A stretch of DNA of 58,580 nt, counting the filler, from Sphacelaria rigidula (Eukaryota): NCBI GenBank assembly GCA_964200075.2. It is 6 parts of 6 records of this genome, joined end to end, with 100 filler letters (N's around TTAATTAATTAA, not from the genome) between each part and the next. Parts side by side here need not be neighbours in the genome. Positions count along the whole stretch, not along the records: positions 9,783 to 19,463 come from CAXNAA020007974.1; positions 19,564 to 29,244 come from CAXNAA020007975.1; 4 more parts are not named here. One strand, given 5' to 3'. Position 1 is the stretch's first letter. Every line of letters begins with the position of its first letter. Shown here piece after piece: positions 13,004 through 26,500 of this stretch. The notes under the pieces are model-generated. The model had not been told where the DNA came from. It was given only the letters and a program-made list of their open reading frames with translations, and made no database searches. The position numbers and the translations under genes are program-made.

Positions 13004-13743
13004 TGTGGTGTGGGTTGGTCCTCGCTATTTTCCCCCACTTTCCCGAATGACGCAGTTTTTCTTATGTTACCAAGATCTCGAAGTGGCGGGCGGGGATCGA
13101 GTTCATGGGTACGGGTCGTTGTGAAATAATTAAACTCAAATCAGCTATTTTTTCGTTGTTATCCGTGATTCTCGAAAGGATTTAACCCGGGATTTCTATG
13201 CTGGTGTACACACATGCGCTACTCAAGTCCCATGTACCGCAGAGAGGTCAACAAGGTTGGATTATTGGGGGGGGGGGGGCGTTATGTCGAGGCCCGGGTG
13301 GGGCTTCTTTTTTTCCTTCNNNNNNNNNNCTGCCCATCGATATGCTGCGCTTTCAGCTGTCGTGCTTAGGGGTATGGATTTTGGGTGGGGAGGCCGCGTT
13401 ATGTCGAGGCCCGGTCTGGGCTTCATTTTTCCCTCCGCCAGCATTCTACAGCCCAGAACAGTACAGTATATCGATGACATTTTCACAAGCACCATGTCAC
13501 CATGAAGCAAGCTTACGGTACACCTTGGAAATGGGGCGGTGCTCTAGCACACGGGGTCGCACGCGCAAGAGAGATATATGTTTACGTGAGCTGTCCTTAC
13601 GTCCGGTGTGTATAGGTCTTGGTCGTCTTCTCCATTGCACCTCTAAATAAATAGTTTTTGGCGCGGCACCGACTGTATCTTTACCGCAAGATCCGCCAAC
13701 CCTGACGAGGCCGTGGGCATCGCGTGGGTACTGTCTGTGCGGA

Positions 13744-13953
13744 TGTAATGCGTGAGAGACCGCGTGCTTAGAGGACCGCGCCGTAGTTCGAAATACATGA
13801 GGATACATCTTTTTCAAAACCAATCGGGTCAGTCCCTGCAGGTACCACGCCCCTGGCCCTAACCCCAACACTAACCCTAACCCTAACCCTAACCATAGGG
13901 GTGTTCAAATTCCGATGCGGTCCTCTAAGCACGCGGTCCTCCCACGCATTACA
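13744..13953. mobile_element. MITE with ~37-bp TIRs and an internal (CCCTAA)n telomeric tract
   Basis: TGTAATGCGTGAGAGACCGCGTGCTTAGAGGACCGC pairs with GCGGTCCTCTAAGCACGCGGTCCTCCCACGCATTACA. CCCTAA repeats lie at 13857-13895. A second copy is at 40273-40479. Confidence 0.85.
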
Positions 13954-14614
13954 CGGCACCGATCAACACGAGCCATCAAGAACAAAAGCGCGACGGCCAA
14001 CAATAGGGAGCCAGCAGCATTGATGCTGATATAGTTCCTTTCTCAAGGTTGTTCCGTCCGAGATCATGAAACAACGCATAATGACGACGATAGCACCGTC
14101 ATATTTCATGCCCGGCCTGTATCCAAAGCCGTGGAGGATACAGGGCGAGGAGGAGCAATTTGAGTGCAAATGGAGACTGCAACACCAACCCCGGGAACCG
14201 CAACCATACCGCAGGCACAACGATGCTCATAGCGAACGTTTGGTACACCAACTCTTATACAGAAAGACAAAACACTCCTTGTGATGCCGTTATTGTCCTG
14301 GATACCATCTCTCCCCAGCACGGTCCTATAATGCGGCTGCGGGCGGCAGAAGACCGGTGAACACAAGTGTGACTGTGTTCATACTAAAATCAAGTTTGCG
14401 TTAATGAAATGCGTTATGAAACGTAGACGGACTGGTAATAATTTAAATTTAATTACTCGAAACTAGTGCATTCGTTATGAAATTCGGCCCGTATCCATGG
14501 ACCCAGCGATTGCTCAATCGAAGGCCTTTTGTTATTTTTGTTGTCGCACATTAGTCCGACATCTCGAGCCCGTCGTCACAGACGTACGCTCGCCGTCAAA
14601 TACGGTGTAAGTGT

Positions 14615-14865
14615 GCTTATTTACAACTGCTACGTGCCATACGAGTTTGGATTCCGATAGCCGAATTTTCGGGGCTCTTGGTGAGAGAAACAATATTGGA
14701 AGTGTAGAGTATCAAAACGGTGTACTTGTAGTACACTTCTTGTCTATTTATAGCACCAGTAGGCGAAGAAATACAACAATTAATCAACAGCGGATCCTGA
14801 AAAATGGGATTCATCACAAAGATGGGGTCCAACCTGAAGTTGGAGTTTTGACGATTCGGCCGAAA
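14615..14865. repeat. Degenerate copy of the foldback family at 32920-33362
   Basis: Shares gccatac.a.tttggatt...gggg...t.ggtga and accagtaggcgaag with the arms of that element. Confidence 0.45.
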
Positions 14866-15689
14866 CCCTTCAGTCAGGGAAAGCACTTTCGCTTGTCTTC
14901 GAGTGCCAAGTAGTTTTGAAAGCTGGCGTGGCTACGCGCTCGCGTGTCGCCGACGACGGCACCGGAGTACCCATGACCGACGAGAAGGTCCTCGCTCGCG
15001 TCCTTCCTGTGTTCCTTCAAGAACAGTGTAGTCTAATCGCTGCCGTACCGCTTCGGTGACCGCACGGCATGGTGTGTGGCAGCTAATATGGGTGTGCATC
15101 TGTGTGCGTTGTGTGCGGTATCTGCCATCTACTACTAATAATGTGCGGGCGTCACACGGAAGGAAGCCTTCCACACGATCAACTGCGACTATCAACTTGC
15201 ACGTGATGCACAGCGACTACTCGGGCGATTGTGTCCTGCTGTTTATCGGCGGCGCAAGAGCAAGTGTTCCTTTTCGGATGTTTCTGCAGCTATTTCTTCA
15301 CCTGCTCTTCTGCCCTGGGCAAGGAGCGGGCATGGCCAACGATCGGAGTGGATAAACAGAAGTGAAATATGGAAACACCTCCGGCAACGATGAACAAAAA
15401 AGGTCCGGCTTCAACACTCTTGCCTGTCCCCTCCGTGCCCTAGTCGCTTGACTGCCACGCGTCTTGCCGCCTGCAATGAAGGACCAACCAACCACCGGCC
15501 TCTACTTTACGAAGGGAGAACCAGAATGACACTAACGCATACCCGATGATGCACTCGTGTCAATCCGACATCACTGCTAGCCACAGCACCAGCACCACCA
15601 GCACCACCAGCACCACCACCTACTTGACCGTCCTTCATCCCGCATCCGCCGAAATCCCGCAACTTTCGCTGTTGCTTTCACCCCCTTCA

Positions 15690-16950
15690 ACCCTCCTACT
15701 CGGCAGCGCTTCCTTCGCCGTCGGCGTTTTTTTCGCCGCCGACGCCATCTACACTATCTTCGTCTTCACTGCCGGAATCGGCGCCTACGGGCCCCTACTA
15801 CGGCGACGGGGTCGAAAATGTGCAGCTGTCAGACGGACTCCCGGGTCAATATCGTTTTTGGCTCCTGTTGTCGAATCGCTACCAGCTTCGGGTACGGCTC
15901 CTCCCGCAACCCGTTGCACACCCTCCCCCTTATTCCCTCCGGCACCCGTGGACACTCCAAACCCTATCGCCTCTCGACTGTTGTCCCCGACTTTGCTTCC
16001 TTCGTTTTGCTCCCCGTACTCCTCCCCCTCGGCATGTTCGTCACGATCGTCCTCGTTCCTCACCCCCCTCAATCGTGTACTGTCCTCCTCCACCCCGTCC
16101 CTCTCGGGCGCGCGTTCATCTTCATCCTCATCGAGGTTTTCGCCCTCGTCGCTGTCCTCGTTTCTCGGGACCTCCTCCCCCGACACCCCCTGCTTCCCCG
16201 AGGCCTGTTCGCCCCATGCTCTGAGTCCCCGTCCTCGACATGATCGTGATGGCCGGCCGCCTCGAGAGCATGCAAAATTGAACCTGGAATGTATTTTCCT
16301 GCTCTCAGGCTTTCGCAAGATGCAACGACATCCTCGCATGCCATCCAATCCACATCCGGTACCAGTTTCGGTCTTTTCTTCGTGCCCGAGATTAGTCCTT
16401 CTCTGAAATCCATGTCGAAGACACCCTTCCCGTACTGAAAAGTAGTATACCTCGACGCGTTCTCCCGCACACGACGGTTGGAAGGCGACAACCAGTGCAC
16501 CTCCCCTTCGTTGTGATAGGCAGCGACACCATCCTTTCCCATCCTGCGCGCACCAATAACTTGATCCGCCAGAAAAGGGGCATCATGGGCGAGGAAGAAG
16601 ACGTACTCCCCCTTGGCTAAGGAAGGAATTTCAGGGGGTGAGTGTAGTTGTCCGCCATCATCTCGCTCGTGTTGGCACGAATCGACGTCGTCGCGGGTGG
16701 GTCCACCTGGTTGAACTCCAGCTCCCTCGTTGTTGTCGCTGCCTGCGAGCGGTCCCGGAGACGGCAACCACCAATCGTCGAGTTCCCACGCGCAGAGGCC
16801 CTCTGCCTCCAGCAGTGTCGAAGAGCGATCCATCTTTGCCTTGATTTCTTCTCGTTTCGCGGGATGTGCACAGCGTGGCTCGGATGCAGTGATGCGTCAG
16901 GGATCCAGATAGAAAAGTCATTATACGTCACGATACGTCGTTCGTAAGTC
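15690..16950 (-). pseudogene. Decayed intronless ORF with a globular segment and an acidic Gly-rich tail; probably transposon-derived
   Basis: The protein-like frame (GEYVFFLAHDAPFLADQVI...GEVHWLSP...YGKGVF) switches near 16215 into an Asp/Glu-rich frame. Further shifts and stops occur near 15785-15690. Confidence 0.45.
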
Positions 16951-17754
16951 ACTGTGCTTCCGCACCTCGCGCCCAGGTATCACAGGACAATCGGCATGGC
17001 GCAATGTTGACACGACGAGAAGAGTACGTGTTGGAGTCAGTGTTCATCCCCTTCATCGATGGTGTTATATGAACTAAATCTGGATATCGCATATTAGTTG
17101 TAGAGAGTTTTGCCGGCGGAAATGGTATGGAGAACCGGTAGTGCATAGTAATGACAAATAACACCTTTTTAAATTTCTTGCTGTTTTTTCTCAATTTGTC
17201 GTTGCGATTTGTAGCAGGGGTAGGGGATAAATGAACGTTGCTTTTGGGGATTATCTCAGTTTTTCACCTCAAACGTTTGAGTTGTGCTCACAAGTTCAGC
17301 GTGCAGAACCACAGAGGTATGCTGAACAAATGAAGAGAGTGAGCCTTCATATTGTTTTGCGAGAGGTTCGGGGTTTCTCGGCAAGGAATGATCTTCACCA
17401 CACGACAGCGCGCTGAACCATAGAGAAAAAAATGAATACCAACCTGATGCATAGTCGACTGTATTATGCCCTGGCGAGGTCCCAGACAAAGTTATCACTA
17501 CATGATCACCAAATGTGTGGCTTGCAAAATGCTGGGCCGAATACCCACCCACCCGGTCACAAGACGGTTTCTCAGCTTTGAGAGTTGGACTCGAACTTTG
17601 GTGTGGACGATGAGTAGAGCATCACTACAAAAACGATTTTGACCAATCGTGAATTTTTTTCTACTTTTTTCATGATTTAATGGCATTTTACTGAGACAGC
17701 ATTCCACGAACCAGATACGAGCTGGGTCAGCCTAAAAGCAGACTTGTAGTTGGC

Positions 17755-18100
17755 GGGTTCATTCTCACGTCAATTTTAAGAGTTGGCCCCTGACATTTGG
17801 TGGGGGCAATACAAAGGGCATGATGACTGAAGACATGGACGGACCCCAATTGGTTTTTAATTCTTTTGCAGGAGTTCGAGGCCAAAATCGCACCTGATTC
17901 GTGAGTATCTCCGGTTGTTCTCACTTGGCACTGGAATTCACGGAGCAGATGCGAGGTGGGCCTGCCTAGAGGCGGATTTATAGTTTGCAGGCCCATTCTC
18001 ACCTCAAATTCGAGAGTTGAGCCCTGAAATTTAGGATGGGCAATAAATGGGGGCATACTTCAACAAAGTATTGACCGATCTAAATATTTTTTCATGAGGT
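17755..18100. repeat. Two direct sub-repeats related to the arms of the 49595-49869 element
   Basis: The motif gagttg..ccctga.attt.g...gg.caat occurs at about 17780, 18014 and 49620. Confidence 0.5.
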
Positions 18101-19463
18101 TCATGATTCATATCGCATTTTCAGTGCCTCACGTCAATCCCATGGTGCAGAAAATGCACCTTTGGTCGCAACAACAACAACAGTGTCCACTACGACACTG
18201 GTCACTCATCCGGCGCTCGTGTGGCGAATGAACAGATATCATTGCGTTCACTGCGGAATGCTTCACCTAGCGATCTGCGACCTCCTCGAGCCCATCGGAG
18301 ACGACTCAAACTTGTCTTTGGCCGATATGGCGAATCGCCGATGCCTCGAGTGCAGAGAGGTGGCATCGACGACCGACGGGGATCAACGTGAGGGAGGAAC
18401 AGGGCAGCGCAAGAAGGTGGGGAAGTCTGCGGTAGATATCGCGGCCCCCACCCGACACACGGTGGGGGGCTCCAGGTGAGAGCAGGAAAGATCTCCGGTG
18501 GTACTATTTCGTTCATGGTGCTCTGAGAAGAATCGAGGACTTTATTCCTGCCGCGACCCTACATGCCCCAGAAAAACAAATGCTTCGGCGGTCGTTGAAG
18601 CGCTACCATTCCGTCAAGCTGTTGCACCGATGCCATCGCACCACTGAGTTGTTGCGCCACGCAAGCATTTCATCCACTGTCCCTCTACCACCCGTACTTT
18701 CCTCCCCCGTCGTGGTCATGAAGGGCGCAGAACACCGTTCTGCACAGAAGGTCCCCTCTCCTGAAGGGAGACGACCTTTTCGAAGGTGACGGTCAGCTGC
18801 CGGTCAAAACCCCACCGAAGCTTATTGTCGTCACCATTGATGCTAAGAACAGTCTCCTGGAAGACTCGAAATCGTCAAACGACTCTCTACGGCGTTACAT
18901 ACTCCGAATACTCGAGTCCCTGCACTCCAGCGGAACGATCGCCATTAGGGTCCCCCGCCCATGGATGCTGCACGGAACCCGCATTCGGGGTGAGTACGCA
19001 TGTTTTTGTGCACATGTCTTTTGTTTCAGAAGGGGTGAGAAGTCAGCGGACACAAAAAAAACAAACACAAATTGACGTCCCAATATTATGTTATACGGAG
19101 TATGTGAATATAATCGTGATGGAGAGCCACATGTACCCTGTGGCCGAAGGATTGGCGAGTGTCCCCACCAGGACCTTCCACATGATCACAAAAAACATCG
19201 ACCATGATACTCGGCGCGTTTTCTCCCCCCCACCTCGAGTGACCCGCCCACGCTTCAGCCCTCACCGTGAGTGTTGACTGCGACAGTCTGCTGGTGCCCG
19301 CGCGATTAATAGAGCGCAGTAGAGACGGCTACGGCTTCTTGACCGCAATTTCACTCCGCCCTGCATTTTTTGTTTTTGAGCTGAACCCCTAACATGGTGG
19401 CCATACTACTCGCCTTGTGTCACCTGGCTTTTCCTGTTTTTGTCCTTTATTATCTTCTCTCTT

Positions 19464-19563
19464 NNNNNNNNNNNNNNNNNNNNNNNNNNNNNNNNNNNNN
19501 NNNNNNNTTAATTAATTAANNNNNNNNNNNNNNNNNNNNNNNNNNNNNNNNNNNNNNNNNNNN
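19464..19563. other. Artificial contig spacer
   Basis: 44 N + TTAATTAATTAA + 44 N. Confidence 0.98.
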
Positions 19564-19637
19564 CCGCTGGTGCGCCCACATATACCGAAAGGTGTAGACT
19601 GGCGTCCAGAATAGATGGGACGACAACACACACACAC
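19564..19637 (+). mobile_element. 3' end of SINE family B with (CA)n tail
   Basis: Matches 12184-12255 (tgcgcccacatataccga.aggtgtaga.tggcgtccaga...gacgacaacac). Confidence 0.7.
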
Positions 19638-19812
19638 CATGGAGCGGGACTTGAACGATACTACCATAACTCCCGCGGTATTGCTACGACAGTTTCATGG
19701 TGCATTCATGAAGGGAACTTGGAAAGATCCAATTACCATGGCGCAACCACAGCAGGATCTACCCATGCGGCTGATGACGCCACATTTTGCTTCGTTGCCG
19801 TTTACCGTATAC

Positions 19813-20578
19813 CTGTTCAGGTGCGCCCTGGTTGACAAACCGCTGCACGATTCCACGAGCTGCGGCCCTTGGCGTATCAACGCCGGGAGCGGAGTCGCCA
19901 CACTCGAACGAGTCGTTTAACAGAAGTTTGTGCACGATATTTTCTTCGTGCCTTTTGTCGGCGTTTTGCTGCCCGTGATCGCGTGCAGAGGTGCGAACAA
20001 GCTTATCCGTGGGAAAGAGCAACCGGTAGCTCTCAACAGCCTCCCGAAATTCCATGTTCTCGCTTGCGTGGCGCATCCTATGACATTGTGGAACGTATTT
20101 TGGTAGTAAGCGTAGGTGAGGAGAGCGGCATGGGGCCTTGTGAAGAGTAACGACCTAGATGGAAACCAAATGAGGAAACGCTGCACCTATCGAGGGGGTG
20201 TATCATGTGTTGGTGACCGTTCAGTCCAACCGAGATAGGGAATACGGCAAATGCATATACCACAGCTTGACGCCACTAACTATGATCCTTTGTTCTACAT
20301 TCTGTGAGAATCCCGTGCTCCTGCGGTTGGACTACTACAAAGACGTTTCCTGGTCGAGCCAGCCAGTCCCATGGAAATATTGAGAACATCTTTGAGATGC
20401 CCTCAACTTCTTATCGCACCCATGAAACATATTGGCGACAGCGTACCACCTACCGCAGATCGTCGCGAAAAGATGCGTAGCAGGGGGGATCTGCAAGGAC
20501 CCTGTGGAATCCGACAGTTCCGTTCCAGGCAGCGTCGTCGGAAGGCGCACGCAAGCGCAGGCCTTCTCGAAAAATAAT
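19813..20578 (-). CDS. RGS-domain exons
   Basis: Spliced sequence FHRVLADPPCYASFRDDLRMRHASENMEFREAVESYR...AAARGIVQRFVNQGAPEQ matches the RGS consensus L..VL.DP....F..FL.....ENL.F...VE.Y...A..I...FI...AP.QVN. Confidence 0.85.
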
Positions 20579-23500
20579 CTACATCGAAACAAGGAAAGAC
20601 CAGAAACAAAAGTCAGAGTTGAAAGGCGTTTTTCGAGCTGCACGTCGCATTGATACTACGTCTGCAACCACAATTTCCTGATTTTGCACGATCGAACAAT
20701 GACCACCAAGATTGACATCTACCTCAATAAGCCTCTGTTTTGGGTACGTTTCCGCACACGAAAACTGATTTATGGAAGACGTGAATTGATAGGCTGCGCA
20801 AAAACGTGATTGTGCTGCTGTATGGTTAGCAATACGACGGCATCTGGACAGCGGTATATTTTTTTGGCGAATGTTTATGGTTTGCCTTCGCGTGCGGCAA
20901 TGATACAACCCACCACAACGCTCCAACTCTTAAACATGCTCTTCGGAACCCTCTACCTCTACATTTTCACGTCCAGTAATACCTACCTTGCCTCCACTAC
21001 CGTCGTCGCGCGCAACCCATAAAGAGTACTCTTCCTTCCTCTCCTCGTGTGTTTCGACTGGCTTGGTTTCTGCGTATTCTTGCGTAGAGGAAACTGCAGC
21101 GACAACTTCTGCTGCTTCTGGCCCCGGCCTATCGCCCTCCTCTACAAGGATGGCTGCTCCAGGCGGAGCCTTCGACCAAGGAGACCGCTTCCTTCTCCAC
21201 GCGTCCCGTGCCTTTCGCCCGGGTGTCATCCTGCTGCCGATGACCCTGGCATTCTCCTGCCATTTTTTGCAACTTCGCGTGCTCCCGCCTGTCTTGGAGT
21301 GGTTCGGTAGCCAGCGTGTCCGTTGCGGCGTTATCTCCCCGACCGGTGATGACTGAGAATCCGTGTGGTTGTGAACGCTACAAATGTAGCCATCGCCATT
21401 CGTATTCACCTCAAGGGAAGCGTCTTGTGTCGTGTCGGTATTCGAGGGCACCGGTGTGGTCGGGGTATCTCGTGTCTTGTTTCTGCTCCTTTTCGCATAT
21501 ATTGCAGTTGCGTAAGGGTTACGGCAACGCCAAGGAGGTTGGTAAAGGCTGGCGATAGGGGTTTTGGCGACGTAACTTGCTATGTCCTAGCTGTCTTTGT
21601 ATTGTGGTTAGCGCACCTAACACACGTATTAGTGCACCTCACACGGCCCTTGGTGTGTATGTACCGACGAGAGCTCCAGTATTTACTTCACGCCATGATT
21701 CATATACCGCAAATTACTACGGTATCTCCCGTCGAGAGGATGCCATCGATGGCGATGCGAAATGAGTTGACCGGCGATACAATCACTGGCGATGAGAAGT
21801 GCATTGTGTCTCAGCGGTTGTGACGTGTTCTTTAGCTACAAGACCGACGGTGGTCGTGGAGTTTCGGCTGCCAGGGGAGAAGAAGAACTCGGAAGTCAGT
21901 TGTGGAGGGATGGTGATTACCGACGACTGCGATGACAGGGTTCTACAACACGTGGCCGCCGAGATGAGGCAAATTTTACTCCGCAGACCCGCACCTTAGC
22001 AATATCTGTTTCTCGACCCTGGGTACAGAACCGACGTGTACGTACTTTCCCACCCACCCACCTGCAATCGGTTTTGGAACAAGAAGTAAGGTCCGTGCCC
22101 CCTGCACTAGTCACCTCCTCCATAGCCAACCTTATTCCTGCTACCCACCTCCTTTTTTCGACCCTAGTTTTGGCCTAAAAATGGCGGGGGGGTTACCAGA
22201 GGGAATGGTCAAAACAAAGCCCGGAACATAAGATCGATAGGGAGGGCACGAGGCTAGGGGCACAAAAGAGGGCAGTTTATAACGCTACGCAGTGTTTGCC
22301 AGGGTATCTCCCCGCGTGAAAAATGTGGCGTTGGTGACGTAAAATTGCTTCACATATACGCTAAGCTGTACGCGCTAAGTGTAAGAGGTGGCTCTATAGT
22401 TTCACACGGGCGGAGACGTTCCGAGACGACTCCAAGTTCACGGCAGCATGAACGTCAACCTGTTATACTCATGACGAGGATTTTCAGCAGTTCCATGTCC
22501 CTCCCAGCATCCATTCATGTATGTGAAACTGCACCTCAACAAGGAAGGAATCCTGGGCAGACGCCACTATAAAGCACGCTTCCAAAGGTGCGGCAAACCC
22601 GTCTATTACGAAGCAGCGTCTGCCGGGAGAAAGGACAACAAGGGGTCAATGCAGGGGTAACGCGGCGCATATTTATAAGATTATCGCCCTTCTTATGCAA
22701 GGGGCGGGTTGTGTTTCCCACAGAATCCGCGAAATCAAGTGCTGTTGTCCGCTATAGTGACACAAGGCGAGTACATTTTGAATACATCGTGCTCTATGTT
22801 GAGGGGTTTTGCGAACCCACATCCGCCGAAGACACCTTGTAAGTACGTAGCTGGTTCATATGATTCTTCAAGAGTCCGCAGTGTGATTTTGACGGCGTCT
22901 TCATGTTGTTGCTGAGGCTCCATCTGAAAGGAAAGTGATTCATTCCACCCTTCAAATAGCTCCATGTTACCGTGCAACTTTTGGCTGTCCGAGCACCCGA
23001 TACATAGAGCGACCAGCAAGAAGAGTACACACCGGAGACGACGAACTTCTGACATTCGTTTTTCGAAACATTGAAATATTTGCTGCGTATTCCATATACT
23101 ATACTGGACTCGCGGCTAAAACAACGACCAACTATCTATTTCACATTTTACACAGCAGTGCCCAGATACGATAAGTCGATACCTGAGAGAAATGGAGTGT
23201 GACTGATCATCGACGGGCTGGCAACCAACCCTTCTTGTTGCCGCTTCCGAACCAGCGCTTGGCGAGTACGACAGTCTATCCCCGAGAAGGATGAAATGCA
23301 GAGTACTTGGTCCGTCTTGACATATCTGCTCAAGCACCGAAATGGGCGCGCTGTTGAGCACAATAGTGAGGGTTACTATACATACATAAGATGCTACCGA
23401 CACATATACCCGGTAGACGGCAGGTGGGGGCGTAGAAATCTACCATTGTATGTGATTGCGCAACTGCTCGTCTCTACTTAGACATAGAGGGAAACGCGGC

Positions 23501-26500
23501 TGGTTATTATGTGTGCAGGATTCCTTGCTGCTATAGGCTCGATAAATATCAAAATATGCGATAGGGATGGGCTGCGCCTAGGCCTTGCTCCACGAGAGAG
23601 TACAAGGCACGAGATAAACGATACCCACAATGTGTGTGCGAAACACCGCATCGAGCTCGTTGGCGATCAATATTGCATCAATACCTCGTAGTTATTCAAC
23701 GGATGCGAACAACGCCCCCCCAGCAGTGCATCGCAAAAAACCGTTTGTCGTATCACAGCCAACTCATGGCCACTCACTCGGTTCAGGAAGATCAGAACGA
23801 AATAAACACGGCGGCGTGGATAATCATACCTTAGTCAAATATCCCTCCCTTGTGTATTTTGGCGACACTGTTACCGTTGGTGATGTTTTCGCCACGGAAC
23901 ATGTTGCGTCGCTTGGCGGTTCTGTCGGCAAGGCCTGTGAAACGTTGCAAGCCGCAAGACAAGTACGTTCCAGCGAGACTTAAGGGTGAGGACGTGGACA
24001 AGCGCAAACAACGTTGTTGCTCGTTGGTAAACTTGTACGGGACAACCGCACCTTTGTCGCTCTCCATTTTGGCCATCGCCGCCGATCTACGGTACAGAGC
24101 AGGCTCGAAGTTCCCCTCTCGAGGTCTACGCAGACAATGGACGCTCTACTGTGTTTGGTACGCCGAAAGAGATGGTTCCCGACGCGAGTGACACTGTCAA
24201 GAACGCGGCAAGTTTCGTGACCGAGTACCACCAGTCACTAACGGGCGGGAGCAGCTACCTCCTGCTAGAGCGTCTCCCTTACACACCGCAATTCTTATGT
24301 GCGACTTGTTGGTGTTGCGGATTTCGCATAGTCGACCCAAAGTTGAGGGTGATGGTCAATTACACAGACAGCCATACTTGTCGCTACAGGATATCCCTGA
24401 AGACATGCCTCTCATACCAATTGCCTCCCGCTACCATACAATATATAGCCCGGAGTACAATAATCGATCTCCGACAATGTCGTGATAGACGCGCGGGTGG
24501 TATATTTTAGCGATGTACCTTTTCCTTGCAGCCAACGTTGACGCCATTTTTCTGGAACTCTAGGACTTGTTCGGCAACGGCAGGCGGGATCTTTAAGGTA
24601 AGCGCCAGCTCATGTTGAAGCGCCGCTAGGTGAGGCGGGCAGTTCTCGGCGGTCGACTCCACAAGAAGGCGGTACTGCGAGATGCGCTGTGTGTTGAGAG
24701 GTGATATTGAACGATGGGCATGGTGTGAGACTTGGTTCGTGTTTTCTCCTCGCGCAGGCGCGATTCGCACGAACTGGGAAACGCAGTGAATACTCTACAG
24801 CGATGGTTTCTATGGGTACTCCTGCCGAGCCTGGCCGAGCCTGGCTGGAGCGTTTCTTTTCACCAGCTCAGAAGTAACGTTTTGCCTTGCATATTTTGCT
24901 CTTGAGATGGAAGAAAGCATCGGTGTGCATTCCCTACAATCAAGCACGAGTTGTCATGGTTGGCAAGAGTTCAGTCAAATTTGTCCCATTTTGAGTCGCT
25001 GGTACTTAACGAAGAAACCTTCTGCTCGAAAATAGCGCCACCTCGTCGATCATGTTGAGAATAATTCCCGAGTCATGCCTCGGTGGGGGTTGCACATTCG
25101 GGTCCAATGTTTCTCACTGAGGGGGCTTCTAAATTTAGACGCTGCACAAGAATATGGATCAGGACGTTCCCGCTTCATCAATCATATCGGAGATATTCCT
25201 AGCTTATTGGGATGCTAATCGTGGCATGCTCTCACATGTTCATAAGTTGTTTTGTGGATGAAATAAAGGACTCTCAACAATTGATACCTGAGAAGTATGT
25301 TGTGCATCCTTACCGTTGTATGACGGAATTGCCCAAATCAAGAACGGAGCTTTTCCCGAGAATGACTGGGCAACTTTGACCCTCGAGCGATGCTACGGCA
25401 GGTGTGCACAAATATTTTCTGAGGTGAGAATTGTTAGGAGCCCTTCATCTCATCCAAGACACGACTTATGAAATATGGGAGAATACGTCAGGATTGCTAT
25501 TCCAATGTGCTAAGAATTTTCCCGAATAAACTTGCAATCGGGGATGCCCTAACCCATATTCTTGTGCATCTAAGATCCTTAGGAGCCCCTGAACCAGACA
25601 AGATTTTGCGCAAAAAGTGCACCCGTACCGTAGCATTGATCCCTCAACATACGCTACTCCGTGTGAAAATACAACCGAGCCTGGGATATCCTCGGAGCGT
25701 TGCTTTCACTAGAATGCAAGCTTAGCGCTCAGCTCTGCGTATAGGTGGTTAGATGAGTACGTGTACTTTGTATCCGAATAGTACCTGCAACGGCATGACC
25801 AGAAGATCCCTTAGGCCAAGGCCTCGACACCTCCCCTGAAGCTCGCACGCTTTGATGAACGCGGCCACGGCAGGATTCGACTCCATCCTCGCAAGGCAGC
25901 GCAGTCCCTCGACGCAATTAGTCATGAAGACATCGTACACCTACCGTACGTATCGGTAATGTAAGGAGTGATATACGTAACTGTAATAACGCACAAAAAT
26001 GGTGCTCAGAGGGAGAGTCCGAGCGCCTACGAGTACAGTAGGGTGATTTGACGCTTTGAGGGGGACGTAATTGTTGGTGTTGTGCACCTTTGTCCTTTGT
26101 GGTCCATCGCGGTTGAACTTGGTTCACGACAGGCCGTGTGGACAGCAGCAGCCCTCCAAGAAAACCAAAACCCGAAGGCTTTAAGCAAAGCAAGGCATGC
26201 ACTCACATGATGGACTCCAACCATTACATCTTGTATGAAAATGCGCTCTATTTTTGTAATGAGATCCTTATAACCTGACTCCATATTTCGAGGTATAATA
26301 CTGAATGCTGCCACTTGTTGCACAAATATCACCACGCTACGATGATACTAAATCGTGTTTGTTGATATCGCACCCGTAAACTTGTTTGGCCCTTGAAAGT
26401 ACCTTGAAGGAAGTGGCCAGCTGCAGCATCACCATCATCATGGCCTTGGACCCGGCGCGAGCTCTTTCTAGCGCTGGGAGAAGCCGCCTGCGACCATTTA

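Noticed and set aside
13258-13319. Apparent duplication of 13376-13436
   Set aside because: Same artefact pattern beside a short N gap.
13857-13895. True telomere
   Set aside because: The tract is short, internal and enclosed in TIRs.
15546-16406. 286-aa Ser/Pro-rich + strand ORF
   Set aside because: Its composition is the mirror image of the acidic minus-strand reading.
22735-23055. ORF starting MSEVRRLRCVLFLLVALCIG, which looks like a signal peptide of a new gene
   Set aside because: The hydrophobic part is better explained as an intron pyrimidine tract before an acceptor near 22985, and the following residues continue the PH-like region. Not fully excluded without RNA.
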